DNA of 64,000 nucleotides, taken from assembly GCF_009914755.1 (NCBI RefSeq), contig NC_060938.1. The stretch is one strand, 5' to 3'. This DNA is from the human T2T-CHM13v2.0 reference genome, Homo sapiens. Position numbers and translations under genes: made by a program. Shown here piece by piece: positions 48,300 to 63,571 of the stretch (its first letter is position 1; each line of letters opens with the position of its first letter). The notes beneath the pieces are model-generated. The model had not been told where the DNA came from, did not search any database, and worked only from the letters and a program-made list of their open reading frames with translations.

Positions 48300-48707
48300 T
48301 GTATGAAGCCATTCTTGCATTGCTATAAAGAGATACCTGAGACTGGGTAATTTATAAAAAGAAAAAAGAGGTTTAATTGGCTCACAGTTCTGCAGGCTTC
48401 ACAGGAAGCATGGTGCTGTCATCTGCTCAGCTTCTAGGGAGGACTCAGGAAGTTACAATCATAGTGGAAGGCAAAGGGGGAGCAGGCACAACACAAGGCA
48501 AAAGCAAGAGCAAGCAAGGGGGATGGGGAGGTGCCACACACTTTTAAATGACCATATCTTGCAATAATTCACTGTCATGAAGACAGCACCAAATCGTGAG
48601 GGATCTTCCCCCGTGACCCAAACACCTCCCACCAGGCCCCACCTCCAGCATAGGGGATTACACTTCAACATGAGATTTGGGCAGGGACAGCTGTCCAAAC
48701 TATGTCA
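48300..48707 (-). mobile_element. MSTA-like MaLR solo LTR
   Basis: TG...CA termini, ataccTGAGACTGGGTAATTTATAAA core, perfect 5-bp TSD CATGC (48295-48299, 48708-48712). Confidence 0.9.
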
Positions 48708-51700
48708 CATGCCATTCTAACTCTTAATAAAATACTGGTGCAACAAATTTCAAAACTTTATCAAAGCAACAATGGAAGTTACATTTTCAATCTTGTTTGC
48801 TTTGCTTACGCATGTGGTTCTCACTATAATGTTATTTGGAGTTAGACTTTGAAGGTGTTAGAACACGACCAAGACATGAACGGAATCTGAGACCAAACAA
48901 GGTTGTTTCATGCAAATTGTTGCAACAACACACTTATCCAGTTAAAGCCAGCAATAAAGGCATATTGAAATTAATATTCTGACACCCCTAGAAGTTAATC
49001 AGAGAAGATGAGAACCAACTTATATCTTATGTGAGAGATATTCAAAATTGTATTTTATAATTATTTTTTAAAAGTCCATCTTAGATCACCAGAGGACATT
49101 TATCCTGTCTCAGAATAAGGTTATATAATATTTGATCCCAGAAGATGTTAGAGCCTAAAGGATCAATGCATTTTAGAGAAAGAGTATGGAGGGCACATAG
49201 AAGTTACATGTTTTACCTGAGATTGCACAAGTAGTTATTATCAAACTAGGAGAAAACTCTTAAGTTGTGGTTTGTTTTTCAATCCACATTGCTTCTCAGA
49301 TATTCAAATAAAACACCTTTATGATTAGTGACTTGTGTTCTGTCTTGCTGCCAAAATGTTAGATGGCATAAATGAAAGTACTACCCTCCCGTGTATTCAA
49401 TCTTCTTTGAGAGAGCAGGCAGGAGAGAGGTGTGGTGTCTTTTCCCAGAAGAAAATAAAATTTATTCCTCTAAAGGAAAATTAGCTTTATTCAAGAAAAT
49501 GGTCTTGAAAAATTCTCCTAGATCTTCACTTTGTTTTAGCTATAAGAGTGTTTGATGAATGAAGTTATTATATTTCCTTTTCACAGGGTTGAAATACTGC
49601 TTGAAGCTAAATAATCATTATAACAATTTACCAGTTGACTAATATTTAGTCAATATCTCTCTACTACCTAATATCATATTTGAAGAGTATTTTGCTGTTA
49701 TGTATTGGTTAAACTTCTAAATGACCCTGAGAGTATTACCACACATCTGGGAATACTGAAAACTGGTGAAAAGGAATCAAGTTGCCTTGAGCTTCCACCA
49801 CAAACGGAAAGGAAAGAGCTAAGAAGCAAATACCCAGTGGTCCGAACTCATAGGAAAATGTACTATTTATTTTAGACGCTATGAAAATAAAAACAGAAAT
49901 ATGAAGTTTATAAAGCCATCTCTACCTTTGCCTCTTCCGAGTCACAGAGGAGTAAATGAATAAACAGTATGTCTTTTCTAATGTTGACTTTTTCTCTCTA
50001 GTATCATTTTCCTTCTTTTTAGAGGTGTTATTTCCCCATGCTTGACTCTCTTCCTGCATTCTTGTTATGTCCCTAGAGTTCTTGAATCCATTTATTTCCC
50101 TTCTGTAGCATTCTGGAATAATAGGAAAACTTTCCTAAAATACCTTTTCCTAGCGTTTATACTTCAAGTAACAGTCTGAACTTTGTGACGAGTTCTAGGA
50201 GTGGCTTGTTAGAAAATTAAGAATATATTAGCTAAAAATAAGTCTGGAAAAATAAGGCTTGCTAGAGGAGAAGGGTGGAGAATAGCCAACTACGTATGGA
50301 TGAGAGAGCAAGAAAAATACCATGCAGCAGGGTTGAGCAAGTCATGAAACTAATTAGTAAATAATCTGTCCTCTCCCATGAGTCAGGTCGCCTGTGTGTT
50401 CTACATTATCCCTAGGAATTCCTCTTGGGTCATCATCCTAGCTCCTGTGTTCTCTTGCTTTCTTTCTTAATGTTATTTCATACCCTTTTGTGGCCTTTTA
50501 TTATGATTCTTTTTTCAGAGAGTTTACTGACGGGGTGTATGGCACCGTACCCTCTCATACTGAATCATTTCCTTCCTTTCTTCAAGACTGTCCTGCATAT
50601 CCTTTGACCTGACCAGTGAATACCCAAGATCTATTAAAAGCAAAGATGATTTCAGGTAGCTAGGATCAACAAATAATCTAGAGAAGGAAAATGCCTTCAT
50701 CCATTCCCCAGAATTACTTTGAACTAATTCCCACAGAATCAATAAAAGATAAAAAGCACAGTGGGTGTTGTAAATAGATTTCAAAATATAATAATATAAA
50801 AATAAATGGCAATTAATGCTTATCTGCTTAGGAAAAGTGTGATTGTGGGGTTTTAAGGAAAAGTATTTTGTAGTATAATGGCTAAGTCGTGTTTATATCC
50901 AGCACCTTTTTCCCCCTACTACTAAAAGTTACCTTCCTATAATTGCAATCTATTTGAGCATTTTAACAATAATGGACATGTTTTTAACAGATTATTGCTA
51001 AAATTGCATACTTTATTCCAGGGAGACTCTGTAATAGATACCAGCATTTTAGTAATGATACAAGCAATCTGTAAGCTATTACAGTTTTCTTTAGAGTAAC
51101 TTAATCTTCATATTGTTTTATATGTCTGGAATTTTAATAGTGTTTTTAATTTAGAAAAGGAGCGATATAACATATTATTAATTACATGTGAATATGAACT
51201 AAACACTGAGCTTGACTGGCCACTGAGCTTGACTCTTAAAAACAAACATATTTAAAAGTATGTAACTTAGTTTAGGGAAAGTAACAAAGAAATTAAAGAA
51301 TGCCACACAGAGATAACCGCAGCTTTCGTGGGATAACTCACTGAGGGTCTACATTTTTAGAATGGTTATTATATTTTGGCCCTCAGCTACACAAAAGCCA
51401 AGAGGAATAGAAATGCCCCTTTCCAAGTAAAATTAATACATATTTTTTCCAACAGAAAAAAATACAAACTATTAAAACAAAATTGTGAATGTTTGTAAAA
51501 GAATGATTCTTTTCCCTTGATGTATCTATTCATCCAAGGATCTTCAAGAATTTACAGTATTAATTAATAATCCTGGTTGCCCTTAATGATTCAACTTGAT
51601 TGGTGAGTATACCAGATGGCAAGAAAAATTAAGATCTTTAGGTCAAAAGGTCAGTTCAATAAGGCCATGGAGGTAAAGGTGATTGCGGTAACTTTAGACC

Positions 51701-53344
51701 TCACTTATTTGTGGACTGGGTAAACAAACAGAGGGGAGGTAATTTTTCTTAAAAATGAAAAGACTTACTGAAAATATTTTTATTTTAAATGGTTATAAGA
51801 AATAATTTAGTGTTTGAATCTAGACTTATAATATCATGTACAATGTCGAAACTATTTTGGCACACTACCCAACTCCTCTTCAAGAGCCAATAGAAATATG
51901 CTTGGTGAACCAACTCAGGAAGCTTTAATGCTATTTTTAAAATCTAGCTTTTACATTGAATAAACCAGTTTGCTGTTTTGAAAGAAGTTATAATCTACTT
52001 AAAACTGTCATTCTCTGTTTCTGACTTGCAATTAGATGATATTTCCAAAATGTCAAACTTAGATTCTGCTTCTACCATCACCATAATAAAATGTGACAGC
52101 CAAGATATTATATCAATACCTTTTCCATAATTAGCAATAAGGATCCTGCCAAGGGTTAACTAGAAAAGTTTCATAAACGTTTTTCTACAAATGGTCCTGA
52201 AGACAGTGTTATGCTTTTAAAATCTGCTAATGTGGCAAAGACTCATGACAACCAGGAGACAAATCTATGAGCAAAACTATTTGGAGAGAATAGTTTTGTA
52301 GTATATGATGTATGTTATGTAAATGAGCTTATTAGGACTCTCATCTATTTTATTATTGGTGACCAATTTAATAGAGGCTTTTAAAAAACAATATTTCTGC
52401 CTGACTCCTAGAAATGAAGAAGATACATTGATATAATTGAGAGCAAATGATTGCATGTTGTGCCATTTAATCATGTCATTTTTCAATTGCTATTTTTTGC
52501 ACTTCACTGCATGCTTATAGAATATTTAGCTTCAATATAGATTAAGTTCCAGGGTTTGCAACTGAGCTGAATCTCTATATTGGCTGACGTTGTCTTTTAA
52601 GTTTGTAATCAGTTAAAACACCCAGATGTCATTTGCCTATATTTTCTTTAAAATATGCAAGTCATTATTCATACTTCATTTGAGGTATTTTAATGTTTTG
52701 CTATTTTGAAGAATTACTTCTTACAATTCCAAGATACAAATTCTTATTTGCAACATTTATATGCAAGGTATAGTTAAACACATAATTGGCTAGAGAATAG
52801 AGCTATCAGGACCAAAAGAGCTTCTGACCCCTTGCTGGAAATGTTGATAATCACTTGCCTAAATGAATGTTTCCTACCTTTTTAATCTCTTCTTTATTAT
52901 TTATATAATTTACATCTTCCTCAGGAAAGAGATTACTCCCACTGTCCCCAGGAATATGAGGTCTTTGAGAAAAGGTTTTGTCTGTTTTGTTCACTGAAAT
53001 TCTGAAGTACTTACAACACTGTCTATTATGAAAAGTGTTCCATAAATATTTGTTCAATGAATGAATCAGTATTTTTCCCATCCCTGTTATTATAACCACC
53101 CTGAGCTTAAATTCTGTATAGATTACTAACTGTTACATATTTGCAGGCCTGTGAAGATTGGACCTCTAAAAAGGTTCAATCTCCTTCCCTTTGCAGAAAG
53201 AGGTTGTTGGCTGTCTTAACAATAACTTTATGGCTATGGCCACTTCTGGTTAGAAATCAGGGACAAGATTGTCTGAAAATGTAGAAATCATACAGGCTTC
53301 TTCAGCTTTCTTATGAAAAGCAATGTAGCATATTGTTTTTGTGA

Positions 53345-53476
53345 ATCAGCTTTGGATTCAGGCTGCCTGGGTTAAAATCCTGCCTTTGTTGCTTATTAGC
53401 TGTGTACCTATGGTCAGCTACTTAACCACTCTGTGTCTCCATTTCCTCGTTTGTCAAATAGGTAGATGACAATAAT

Positions 53477-53507
<31 letters not shown>

Positions 53508-53610
53508 CACATATTGTAGTGTTGCTGTGAGGATTAAATGATTCAATACATATAAAGTACCTTTTAAAATGTGTGGCACACATAAATATACAAAAAATGT
53601 TGGTCATTAC
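53345..53610 (+). mobile_element. MIR SINE containing a (CA)n tract
   Basis: gctttggattcaggctgcctgggttaaaatcc...cttaaccactctgtgtctccatttcctc...gtgaggattaaatga. Confidence 0.75.
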
Positions 53611-53690
53611 TGCTGGAGATTAGTGAAAATAACCAAGAAAATATTATTTAAAATAGTGCTCCAGCAATTGATAAGTCCCAATGATTATAG

Positions 53691-54014
<324 letters not shown>

Positions 54015-54704
54015 TTCAAGTGAATCTTGATGAAATATTTGAAGAGAATGTAACATTATTTTTATTTTGTATTGGTTCAGATGCATATAGTCGACTCAGA
54101 ATGATCTTTGGTAAAGTATGTGAAGCACATCTGATATGTCAGGTCTCTCATTTTTGCACTGATACTAACACCACAATAGATTACAGTTTCATAAGATGTA
54201 TATGATTATATATGAAATTCATCACTGCAATAATTAGATTTAGTTAACATTCTTCATTTCCCACATTTGCTTTAACTCCTCTTTCAGATTCATAGTCTTC
54301 TATGTTTACTTTTATGTTTATGTTTTATGCTATTTCTAGGAGTAGGACAGCTATATTAAAAATGACACTGCATTATTTTTATCATACAGCAGAATGTCTG
54401 ATCTGTTGGCAGAAATACATAGATGTATATGGCAGAATGTATGTATAATGTAGTAATGACTCTATCCGAGGACACTTTATAGCCATAACTTAAAAAAAAA
54501 AAAAAAAACCTACAAGTTTGCATTGGTAAATTAATCCTTGTATCCACCCATGGTTGCAGAACCATAGTGATTGTATGGTATTAGTTATATCATTAGCATC
54601 TGTTGTATGACACACCCTAGCAGAATGGTAAATTCTCTGATTGTATAATCATTTATGGGGTTGATAATATATTTCTGGCCTTACCAAGAGGTTTTCTTAA
54701 AATA

Positions 54705-55860
54705 ATATTTTCATTGAGATATAATTTACATACCAGAAAATCTTATTTCAGAATGTTTTCACCACTCTTAAAAGAAACCCCTTACCCATTAGCTCGCTTT
54801 TTGCCCCTCACTGGAGGCCATGGCAATCACTATTCCACTTTCTGTTTCTATGTATTTGCCTATTCTGGACATTTCATATAAAAGGAATCGTAAAATATGT
54901 GACCTTTTGTATCTGTCTTCTTTCACTTAATATGATGTTCTCAAGGTTCATCCATGTTATGATATGTATAAGTACTTCATTTTTAAATGCCAAATAATAT
55001 TACATTATGTGTATTTACTGCATTTTTTTAATCCACTCACAGTTGATGGGTGTTTGACATGTTTCCACTTTTTGGCTTTATGAATAATGCCATTATGAAT
55101 ATTTGTGTGTAGGTTTTTATGTGGTCATATGTTTTCAGTTCTCTTGGGTATATATTCAAAAGGAAATCGCTGGATCATACAGTAATTATATGTTTAACTT
55201 TTTGAGGAAATGTCATACTGTTTTTTCATGTGGCTGCACCATTTTGCAATCCCACTAATGGATGAGGGTTCCAATTTCTCCACATCCTTGTTAACACTTG
55301 TTATTTCCTTTTTAGCCATCCTACTAGGGGGTGAAGTAATATCTAATCATGGCTTACATTTGCATTTATCTGATGACTGATTGTGTTGAGCCTTTTTTCA
55401 TATTTTTTTGCCATTTGTATGTGTTTGCAGAAATGTCTATTCAAATACTTTGTCCATTTAAAAAATTGAGTTACTGGTCTTGATATTTTCTCCCATTCTG
55501 TGGTTTTTCTTTTCACTTTTCTATGGTATCATCTGAAGTGCAAAAGCTTTAAATTTTGATGAAGCCCAAAAGTTGCTTATACTTTTGTGTCATAAAGAAG
55601 AAGCCATTGCCTATGAAGTCAAAAGCTGTTTCTACTTTTGATGTAATATCTACAAAATCATTGTCTAACCCAACATGATGAATATTTACCTCTATATTTT
55701 CTTCTAAGATTTTTATAGTTTTAGCTCTTACAATTAAGAGTATGATCCATTTTGTGTTAGTTTTGTAGATGGTGTGGGATAGGGGTTCAATTCATTCTTT
55801 TGCATGTGGATATCCAGTTGTCTCAGCACCATTTGTTGAAAAAACTATTCTTTCCTGACT
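54705..55860 (-). mobile_element. L1MB-type 3' fragment
   Basis: tttcattgagatataatttacatacc..; atttgcctattctggacatttcatataaa; ends gcaccatttgttgaaaa. Confidence 0.85.
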
Positions 55861-56059
55861 TAATTATACCAGAGCTTTTTAATTTTACTTATTTTATTGA
55901 AAGGTATCTTATATTTAATCTTTAATATGCCATAATTAACTGTAAAAGAAGTCTTTTATGGCATAAATTAGTCTTGATTGTATGAACATTATCTTGTCTA
56001 CACTATTACAGCATCAGAACACTAGGTGATATTTTGTTTCTACATTGAACTTGTTATTA

Positions 56060-56365
56060 TGTGAAGTCACCTTCTCAGAGAAGCTTTATTGAAAACCCAA
56101 ACGAAAATAACTCCCAAGCCACTTTCTGTCATATCACCCTGTTTTATTTGATAGCTTTTAGCACTATCTGATATTTTCTTGTATATTTCATGTTTTGTTT
56201 CCAGCCTCTCATCATTCACATGCATACAAATGTGAATGTAAATTCTATGAAAGTAGACATTTTGTGTGTCTTGCTCACTGCTATATCCCCACCACTGAGA
56301 GCACTGCTTGGCAAATAAAAGGCACTCAATAAGTACATTTGGATGGATAGATCAATACTTGAATA
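56060..56365 (+). mobile_element. L2 3' end
   Basis: gtcaccttctcagagaag...tgtcttgctcactgctatatcccc...ggcactcaataagta. Confidence 0.75.
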
Positions 56366-57527
56366 ATGATTATTACCACACCCCACTTGAACTTCCATCT
56401 TGTTTTAAAATGTTACAAAAATTATGGCTTCTTGGCCTTTTTAAATGTGTGCTCCCCAACCTGTAATGCCTATCCTCTCTTCTCTCCACCTTTCTTACCT
56501 TCAGCAACTTTCACAGCCTGGTTTTAGTCCCATGAATCCTAATCTGTCTACTCCAGTTAATAATGATCTTTTTTATTCTCAAACTCAGTGCCCATAGTTT
56601 AGCATATATATCAATCACACCTTACATTTGGGTCATGGCCTCACTATTCTCAAAGCACATTCACCTCCCTTACCTTATTTAGAACCTACTACAACCTGAT
56701 GGTCTTACAGAAAACCTTTGCCTCGTATTTATTTCTCTCACTTTGAGGAATCAGTGTCTTCTCTTTGCCACCAGCTCTTAAGAACAGGTACATTTTATTA
56801 CATGCCTCTTATCCACCAACACTAATTCCATAATGAAAAGTATAAAGTTTGGCACATAAATGGTGCCCAATGAATGCTTATTTGCTATGAAAATTATCAT
56901 TTGCCAACCTTCCCCCACAAAACAATGATCCCAAAGCAGCCAGACAAATGCGTCTTCTAAAGAAGCATAGAGGTACCAGAATAGCCTCTTATTTTCCCCA
57001 CTTGCTCTATTTCTTATTAGAGTATAGCTTCAGGCATTAACATTATCTGTACCTGAATAGCTTGTACCTTCCAAGTAATCATCATTGTTTTGCTTTATTA
57101 TGTGTGCTTTCTGGGAGCAGAGTTTCTTTTTAGCTTAGCAAAATGCCATATGTATTAGAGTCATTAATTAGCAAATGACTTATTTGATAAAAATGACAAA
57201 AAAGAGTAAAATCACCAAATACTGGATCCAAATGACCTAATACATAATTGCACTGGAAATTCTGGAGATCATCAAGAAAATACTAGTAACATAAAGATAT
57301 CACTGGATGAAAAGATCTATTCATTGATTCACTCATTTCTTTTCAGTCATTTGATAAAAATAGGAAAGTAATTGATCATCAACAATTGTGGTCCCTAGGC
57401 TCTTGGCTACCAGTTTCATTCCAGAATTAGAACATAAAATTTCTATTACTATTTTTATACTTTAAAAAGTCTACTCAGCTAGATTAATCCTCTTACCTAA
57501 AAACTAAGTTTCTTTATTTCCTGTAGA

Positions 57528-57722
57528 CTAGTGTTCTCAAACTTTAGCATGTATTGGAATCACCTATAGGGCTTGCTTGTTAAAGCATGGTTCATTGGGC
57601 ATCACCCCAGTATTCCTGATTCAGAAGACGTATAGTAGCATCAGAGAATTTGCAGTTCTAACAAGTTTCTGGGTGATGTGAATACTGCTTGGCGTGGGCA
57701 CCGTACTCTGAGGACCCTTGTT
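57528..57722. mobile_element. MER5A hAT MITE
   Basis: tgttctcaaactttagcatgtattggaatcacct...gaatttgcagttctaacaagtttctgggtgatg. Confidence 0.8.
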
Positions 57723-57818
57723 GTAGAAAATCTGGTCATAGGTAGCAGACAAAGAGGAGACAGCAAAACACATGGAAAATTTTAGGAAACTTACAACTAG
57801 GGGATGCAGCTGCTCTTT

Positions 57819-58144
<326 letters not shown>

Positions 58145-59349
58145 CTCTTGATAATATTTAAACTAGAAGTCACCTGTGTTTGTTCACACTTCCCTTCTCT
58201 CTCCAGCTAGATTGAAGGCAGGTACATTATCATATATGCAGATTATACCTTCTTTGTTGTGCTTGCCACATAGAAGCCATGCTCAACTGATGTTAAACAG
58301 TTGATCAGTTTAGAAGGCGAAGTCTGAAAGTGGGAATTGCTTCATGGGTTTTTTGTTTTTTTTTTTAACAGATCAGCTAAAGTCCCACCACTTTGTTCAT
58401 ATTGGCCTACCTAATGATGTTTAATCAACCTACAAAGTTAAATTATGTAATAAATATTGGAGACAAATTGCTTTGGAGTTTCTCAGCTAAATTTGTTTCT
58501 CTCTGTTTTTAATATATACTTAGTTTTGGTGTTTTTAAAGTATTATTTTCCTTCTCATCTCTCTTTTTTTCTGATCTGGTTCTTACATCTCATTTGCTGT
58601 AACAGTTCTTGGTGTAAATAAAGCTGTTCTTTTATTATAAGCTTATTTATATCCTTTTATAAACTATATGACATTCAATGTCAAGTATGTGTATACAAGT
58701 AAATATAAGTAAATATCTATCTGTTTGCATATATGCACATATTTGATATATAATGAAGACTAAATACCAGTATTGAAAGTCTTAACTTCAATGGTGTTAA
58801 ACTGAAGCCAATGTGAGGAATAATATTGCACATTTGCTCAATAATATGATTGGTTTAAACAGTTGAAAAGAGTGACAGAGGAAGTCAGTAGAGGAATAAA
58901 ACCCAGATAAACCAAAAAACACCCCTGCACATTGCCACTGGTAAATTGAAAATCAAATTGACGGTTTACAAATGTGAAACAAAAGCCTTAAGCCTGTTGG
59001 TAACTACCTTATAATGTGGATCGGAGATCATTATAAAGGGGGAAAAAAGACAGATAATGACCTCCATTCTAACAGATTTAACCTTGCAAGACGAAATTGC
59101 CTAAAGATTATCAAATTATAGGTAAATATAAAAGCACTTGCAATCCCTTTCTTAGGCATATTGATAGTTGTGTTTTTCTTTCTTTTTAAATTTTGTTTCC
59201 CTCTTCTTTATAGTTTTCTAGGAAGGCAATATGACTATGCATGGGAACCAACATGATCTCATTAGATATCAAGGAAAATGCTTAAAAATGGCAATAATGA
59301 AAAGCATTTCAAACTTTTCTGTTTCCTACTTCCTTTTCCAGCTCAGCTG

Positions 59350-59690
59350 CTTCACTGTCTCTCCCCAACACACCAGGCACTCCCACTGCCAGAGGCTACT
59401 TACTTGTTTTCCACTTTAACATACCTCTCAGCCTTCTACCCATGTAACCACCACCACCCATCTTGGTCCATCTGGTTCACACCATTCCCCTGAATATTTC
59501 ATTGACTCTTCAATAGCAACTTGCACATACTTCTGTTAGCACCTTCCTCTTTGATATTATACTTATTTGTATAGTTTACTTCCAGTAGACTCTCAACTCC
59601 TTGAGGGTAAAAGGGAACTTGCTCCTTTTTGAAAGCTTCATTCCTGAAACGGTGCCTAGCATATGGAAAGTGCAGTACACATTTGAGGAG
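59350..59690 (+). mobile_element. L2 remnant
   Basis: agactctcaactccttgagggtaa...ggtgcctagcatat; boundaries approximate. Confidence 0.55.
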
Positions 59691-62472
59691 ATCAGGGAGG
59701 TAGGGATGTGTTTGTCTTATTTCTGTGCTTTACTTAGGTTACTTACCTTGAGTTTCTGTTTCAAAGCACATTTTCTCTGAAATGAAGCCAAAGATAGTTA
59801 TAATAATTGTTTCTATCTATGCATATTTTATTATGGAATTAATATAAACTACTGATTCTAAGAAATGTTGCCAGCACATCCACTGATTTTATTATGAATT
59901 TTTGATTACGAATGCATATGTATATTTTAATGGCTGTCATGGAAGCCCATTTATGTAGAAAAATGTTATTTTATTAATTATATCTTCTAGGTATAAAAAA
60001 GTACTGAAAAATATGTTGGTCATGTAAAATTTCCAATTTTCCCCTCCTTTTTAAAAGTAGCATTATTTCCCAAGTGCACATGTAGGATAAATTTTTAATT
60101 CAGAATGTAGACTAAGCCCTGTGTTCATTTAAAGGAAAAAAAAAAAAAAACCCTGCAGAATTGTGAATATCCAAAAATCAGATATTGAATATCAACAGTA
60201 ATTGCCTTCTTAGTTTTTAAACCACTGTATTCATCTTGATTATTCATCTTAAGATAGGAGTGGGGATCACCTAGATACTTAAAATACTGGATACATTCTA
60301 GATACTTACAAAAAAATTTATGGCCAATGATCTTTATGAAAAATTTCTCCTAGCAACCTCAGATGTCCTGTTTCAGAACTTTGAAAATGCCTATAAGGTG
60401 AATGAAGTCTGTTTGGGGTGCTTTGCAAATGTTGCCTGATGTGGCCTGTGCTAACTCTGCACATACCTTTAGTGCCATCCATTGCAAATTTTCATTTGGC
60501 TAAGAACTTTGGGACTTTTTGTTGGCTTAAGAAATACAGTTATTATGCTAGTTAACTTTATTTTAAAGACAGTTTTGCAAAATTCAGTTCTATGGCACAG
60601 AAACATCTCTTTTGATTTTTCTAGGCCTTTACGCTTAACAAGTTAACAAAACAGAAAGAAAACCCCAAATCCTTAATATTAATATTTATAGGACTCACTT
60701 GGGCCAATTTCATTTGGCCGTAATGTTATCTTGAAGTGTTTAATATTGGGCCCCAAATTGGCAGGTATTAGGTGGCCTTCATAGTTTGACTTGCCCAACA
60801 GTCATTCTAGAGCAAGAGATAAATTGAAGGGTGTGTGTGGATGTGTGTGTGTGTGTTTGTGCGTTTGAGTGAAAAGAAGAGACAGAGAGGGAGAGAGAGA
60901 AAGAGAACATGCACGTGGGGTTGAGGGGAGACATTTGACAGGGTTGTAGGAAGAGATGGTAACAATGCTGGTTGCCTTAGTAGGCTTAGGTTTTATCTTT
61001 GAATGTCTTAGGGATTTCTCCTCATTCAGCACTGAACCAATTAATAGCAGCAGTAAAGAAATTTGTCAGACATGGTGGTTATATCAGGACTTATATAGGA
61101 AAATAGTAATGAACTCTAGGAAAATAAATAAGGATAAGTTCAAGAAACATAACTGAAACTGCTGCGCTGGTATAAATTGAATAATAAAATTTCTAGTCAT
61201 ATTTTGCCATAAATAGAGGTTTGGGAATTTGTCATTCACCTTATTTAAAATTCAGAAATATTAAAGGTACAGAGTTCTCTCATTACAGAAATAATAGAAT
61301 TCCAGCCATTACTGAGTCAGGGTCATTTAAATGGCTCTAGCATGCATTATATCAGTAAGTGGGACATCTGTATGAAATGTCCACCTGCTGATCTGATACC
61401 CCCACTCCAAGCACATTTCAGCGCACCACACTTAATCATTTTAAGATTTCTTCTAATGAAGCCTTATCTAGATTAACATTTTAAGCACAAATACTTTCAG
61501 GCATTAAAACTCTCACACTAAATGAAATTGCATTGTCTTGTTTACCCTTGTTGATTAATAAGCACTCTGTTAACTGTTAGAACAGTCCAATTGTGGCAGT
61601 AGAAGGAGATTAGTAATTCAGTGATGTTTGTGGATATAATCATCATTTCTCCTGAAGGCTCCGAATTAGAATATCACTTACACACTATCTGTAGGCAAAG
61701 AAAGGATATAATATTTTTAGACATGTGTACCCACTATTTTGCTTGAATCATTCAGTTTAGGGTCACTGCAGCAATACAAATGCTTCTGGGGGCAAAATGC
61801 TATTTTGGTGCCGGCATGTCCTTCTTAAATAGTGTGAATGTCTATTAAAAGAAACACAGCAACCAACAAATAGTGCAGTAATAATCCAGTATCTTAATTT
61901 TCGCTTTCAGAACATTATTGCTTTGTTAATCAAGCTTCGGAAGAGGAATATTGCTTATCTTTTTTTTTCAGATAATAGATTTTATATATAAAAATTCTTT
62001 GCAATCTTGTTTAACTTGTTCTCAGCCAGTAGAAAACTGAACTTTTTGCCTCCAAAGAATGTAGGAGTAAATTTGGAAAAATTCTATTTCTTTTCGGAGG
62101 ATTTTTCTATCTTCTGCGTTTCCTTCGACCTTATGTCAAAGCATGTCAATCTGTTTGGCATTCATGTGACCTAAATGATTTATTTCATTAGGCTAGAAAT
62201 TGTTAATTACCCAGGTGTCTAGGGAGGACCCTACATTTCGGAGGGATAAATCAGTGAAAAGTGTGGAGGAATGGGATGCAGCTAAATTCTTTAGCATATT
62301 GGACTTCTGTAGGAGGCCTCCATTCTAAAAGGGACATCAGAGCTCTTCTTGTCCTATTGTTGGTAGCTGAGTGTATCACTACAATTTGAAATTATGATGG
62401 AAGAAGGTGTTTCATGTTTTAGGGAACTCTGCCCTATAAACACTCATAGATCGGTTTCTCTCTATGTTGCAG

Positions 62473-62688
62473 TCCCTCTGTCGTGAAATCAAGCAACGAC
62501 GTCGAGGAGTTGCCTCCATTCTGCGACTATGCCAGCATCTTTTGGATGACCGGGAGACTTGCAATCTGAATGCAGACCACCAGCCCATGCAGCTGATCAT
62601 TGTAAATCTTGAAAGAAGGTGGGAAGCCATTGTCATGCAAGCCGTCCAGTGGCAAACACGTCTACAAAAGAAGATGGGAAAGGAATCT
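62473..62688 (+). CDS. AKAP6: AKAP6 coding exon, 216 nt, phase 0/0 (SLCREIKQRRRGVASILRLCQHLLDDRETCNLNADHQPMQLIIVNLERRWEAIVMQAVQWQTRLQKKMGKES); helices B/C of spectrin repeat 3
   Basis: Acceptor tttctctctatgttgcag|TCC; donor TCT|GTGAGT at 62689; spectrin helix-C motif NLERRWEAI; locally CpG-retaining. Confidence 0.94.
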
Positions 62689-62786
62689 GTGAGTGATGCT
62701 TTTTTTAAGCATAATTGTCTGTCATTTTCTCAGACAAAAAATAATTCTTTCAGGCTTGGAAACGGTGTTCATCTTATAAATGGTTT

Positions 62787-62841
62787 TACTAACTAACTTA
62801 AAGTGGTTTTGCCATCTTACAAGTGGTTTTAACTAACTAAA
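62787..62841 (+). promoter_or_regulatory. Cluster of QKI (STAR-family) ACUAAY splicing elements
   Basis: TACTAACTAAC 62787-62797 and ACTAACTAA 62832-62840, ~100-150 nt after the donor at 62689. Confidence 0.55.
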
Positions 62842-63539
62842 GCTCATAGTTTTACTACGAACTAGCTGTCCACTAAATGAAACTCCATTTGTCATAACAC
62901 TGACATTTATTTGCTTTATTAAAATTCCTTTAGTGTACCTCATTGTCTTTTTGAAAAAAATCACATGGAGATTTCGCTTAACCTTACCAACCTAAGCCAT
63001 TAATTCTTTCAATCATTCCTTCACTAACAATATTCATTAATCATACAATAACCCATGAATATTTTGCTAGAAAGTAGCTTAGTACTGTCAGAGCATATGG
63101 AGTAATGTGTATGCTCTGCAGATAATACAACGAAATAAAGTACATTGTTTACTTTTCCCTGACATGACATGAGTTAACATCATCTATTTGTACAGTAATC
63201 TCCTAGTGTTCCTGCTTAGAGCTTCTTCTGATAGTTACATTGCTGAGAATTGGCAAGTTTCCTCTTAGAGTTTTAATGCAGTGCTCAAGGTGGTGAGTAG
63301 AGATTCCTTTTAAGGATTTTCCAAATTGAGTACAGGTTTAAGCTGTTGCTAGATGAAGGAAATAGATATAACTAGAAGTTGTTTCCTTGTAATATACGAT
63401 GCATATTTGTCCAGAGAGCCTTCATATCCTTTAGGAAAGAATTTATCGATAAAAAAGATTGCATACTCCAAATGACCTTGAGGTCAATGTCTATTAGTTG
63501 AAGGCCCAACTCCCATGTTTGACTTATATAAATGGAATG

Positions 63540-63571
63540 CATACATACATACATACATACATACATACATA
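63540..63571. repeat. (CATA)n microsatellite
   Basis: Direct observation. Confidence 0.95.

Noticed and set aside
62689-62796. ORF continuing past the 216-nt exon donor
   Set aside because: Good GTGAGT donor and a featureless peptide.
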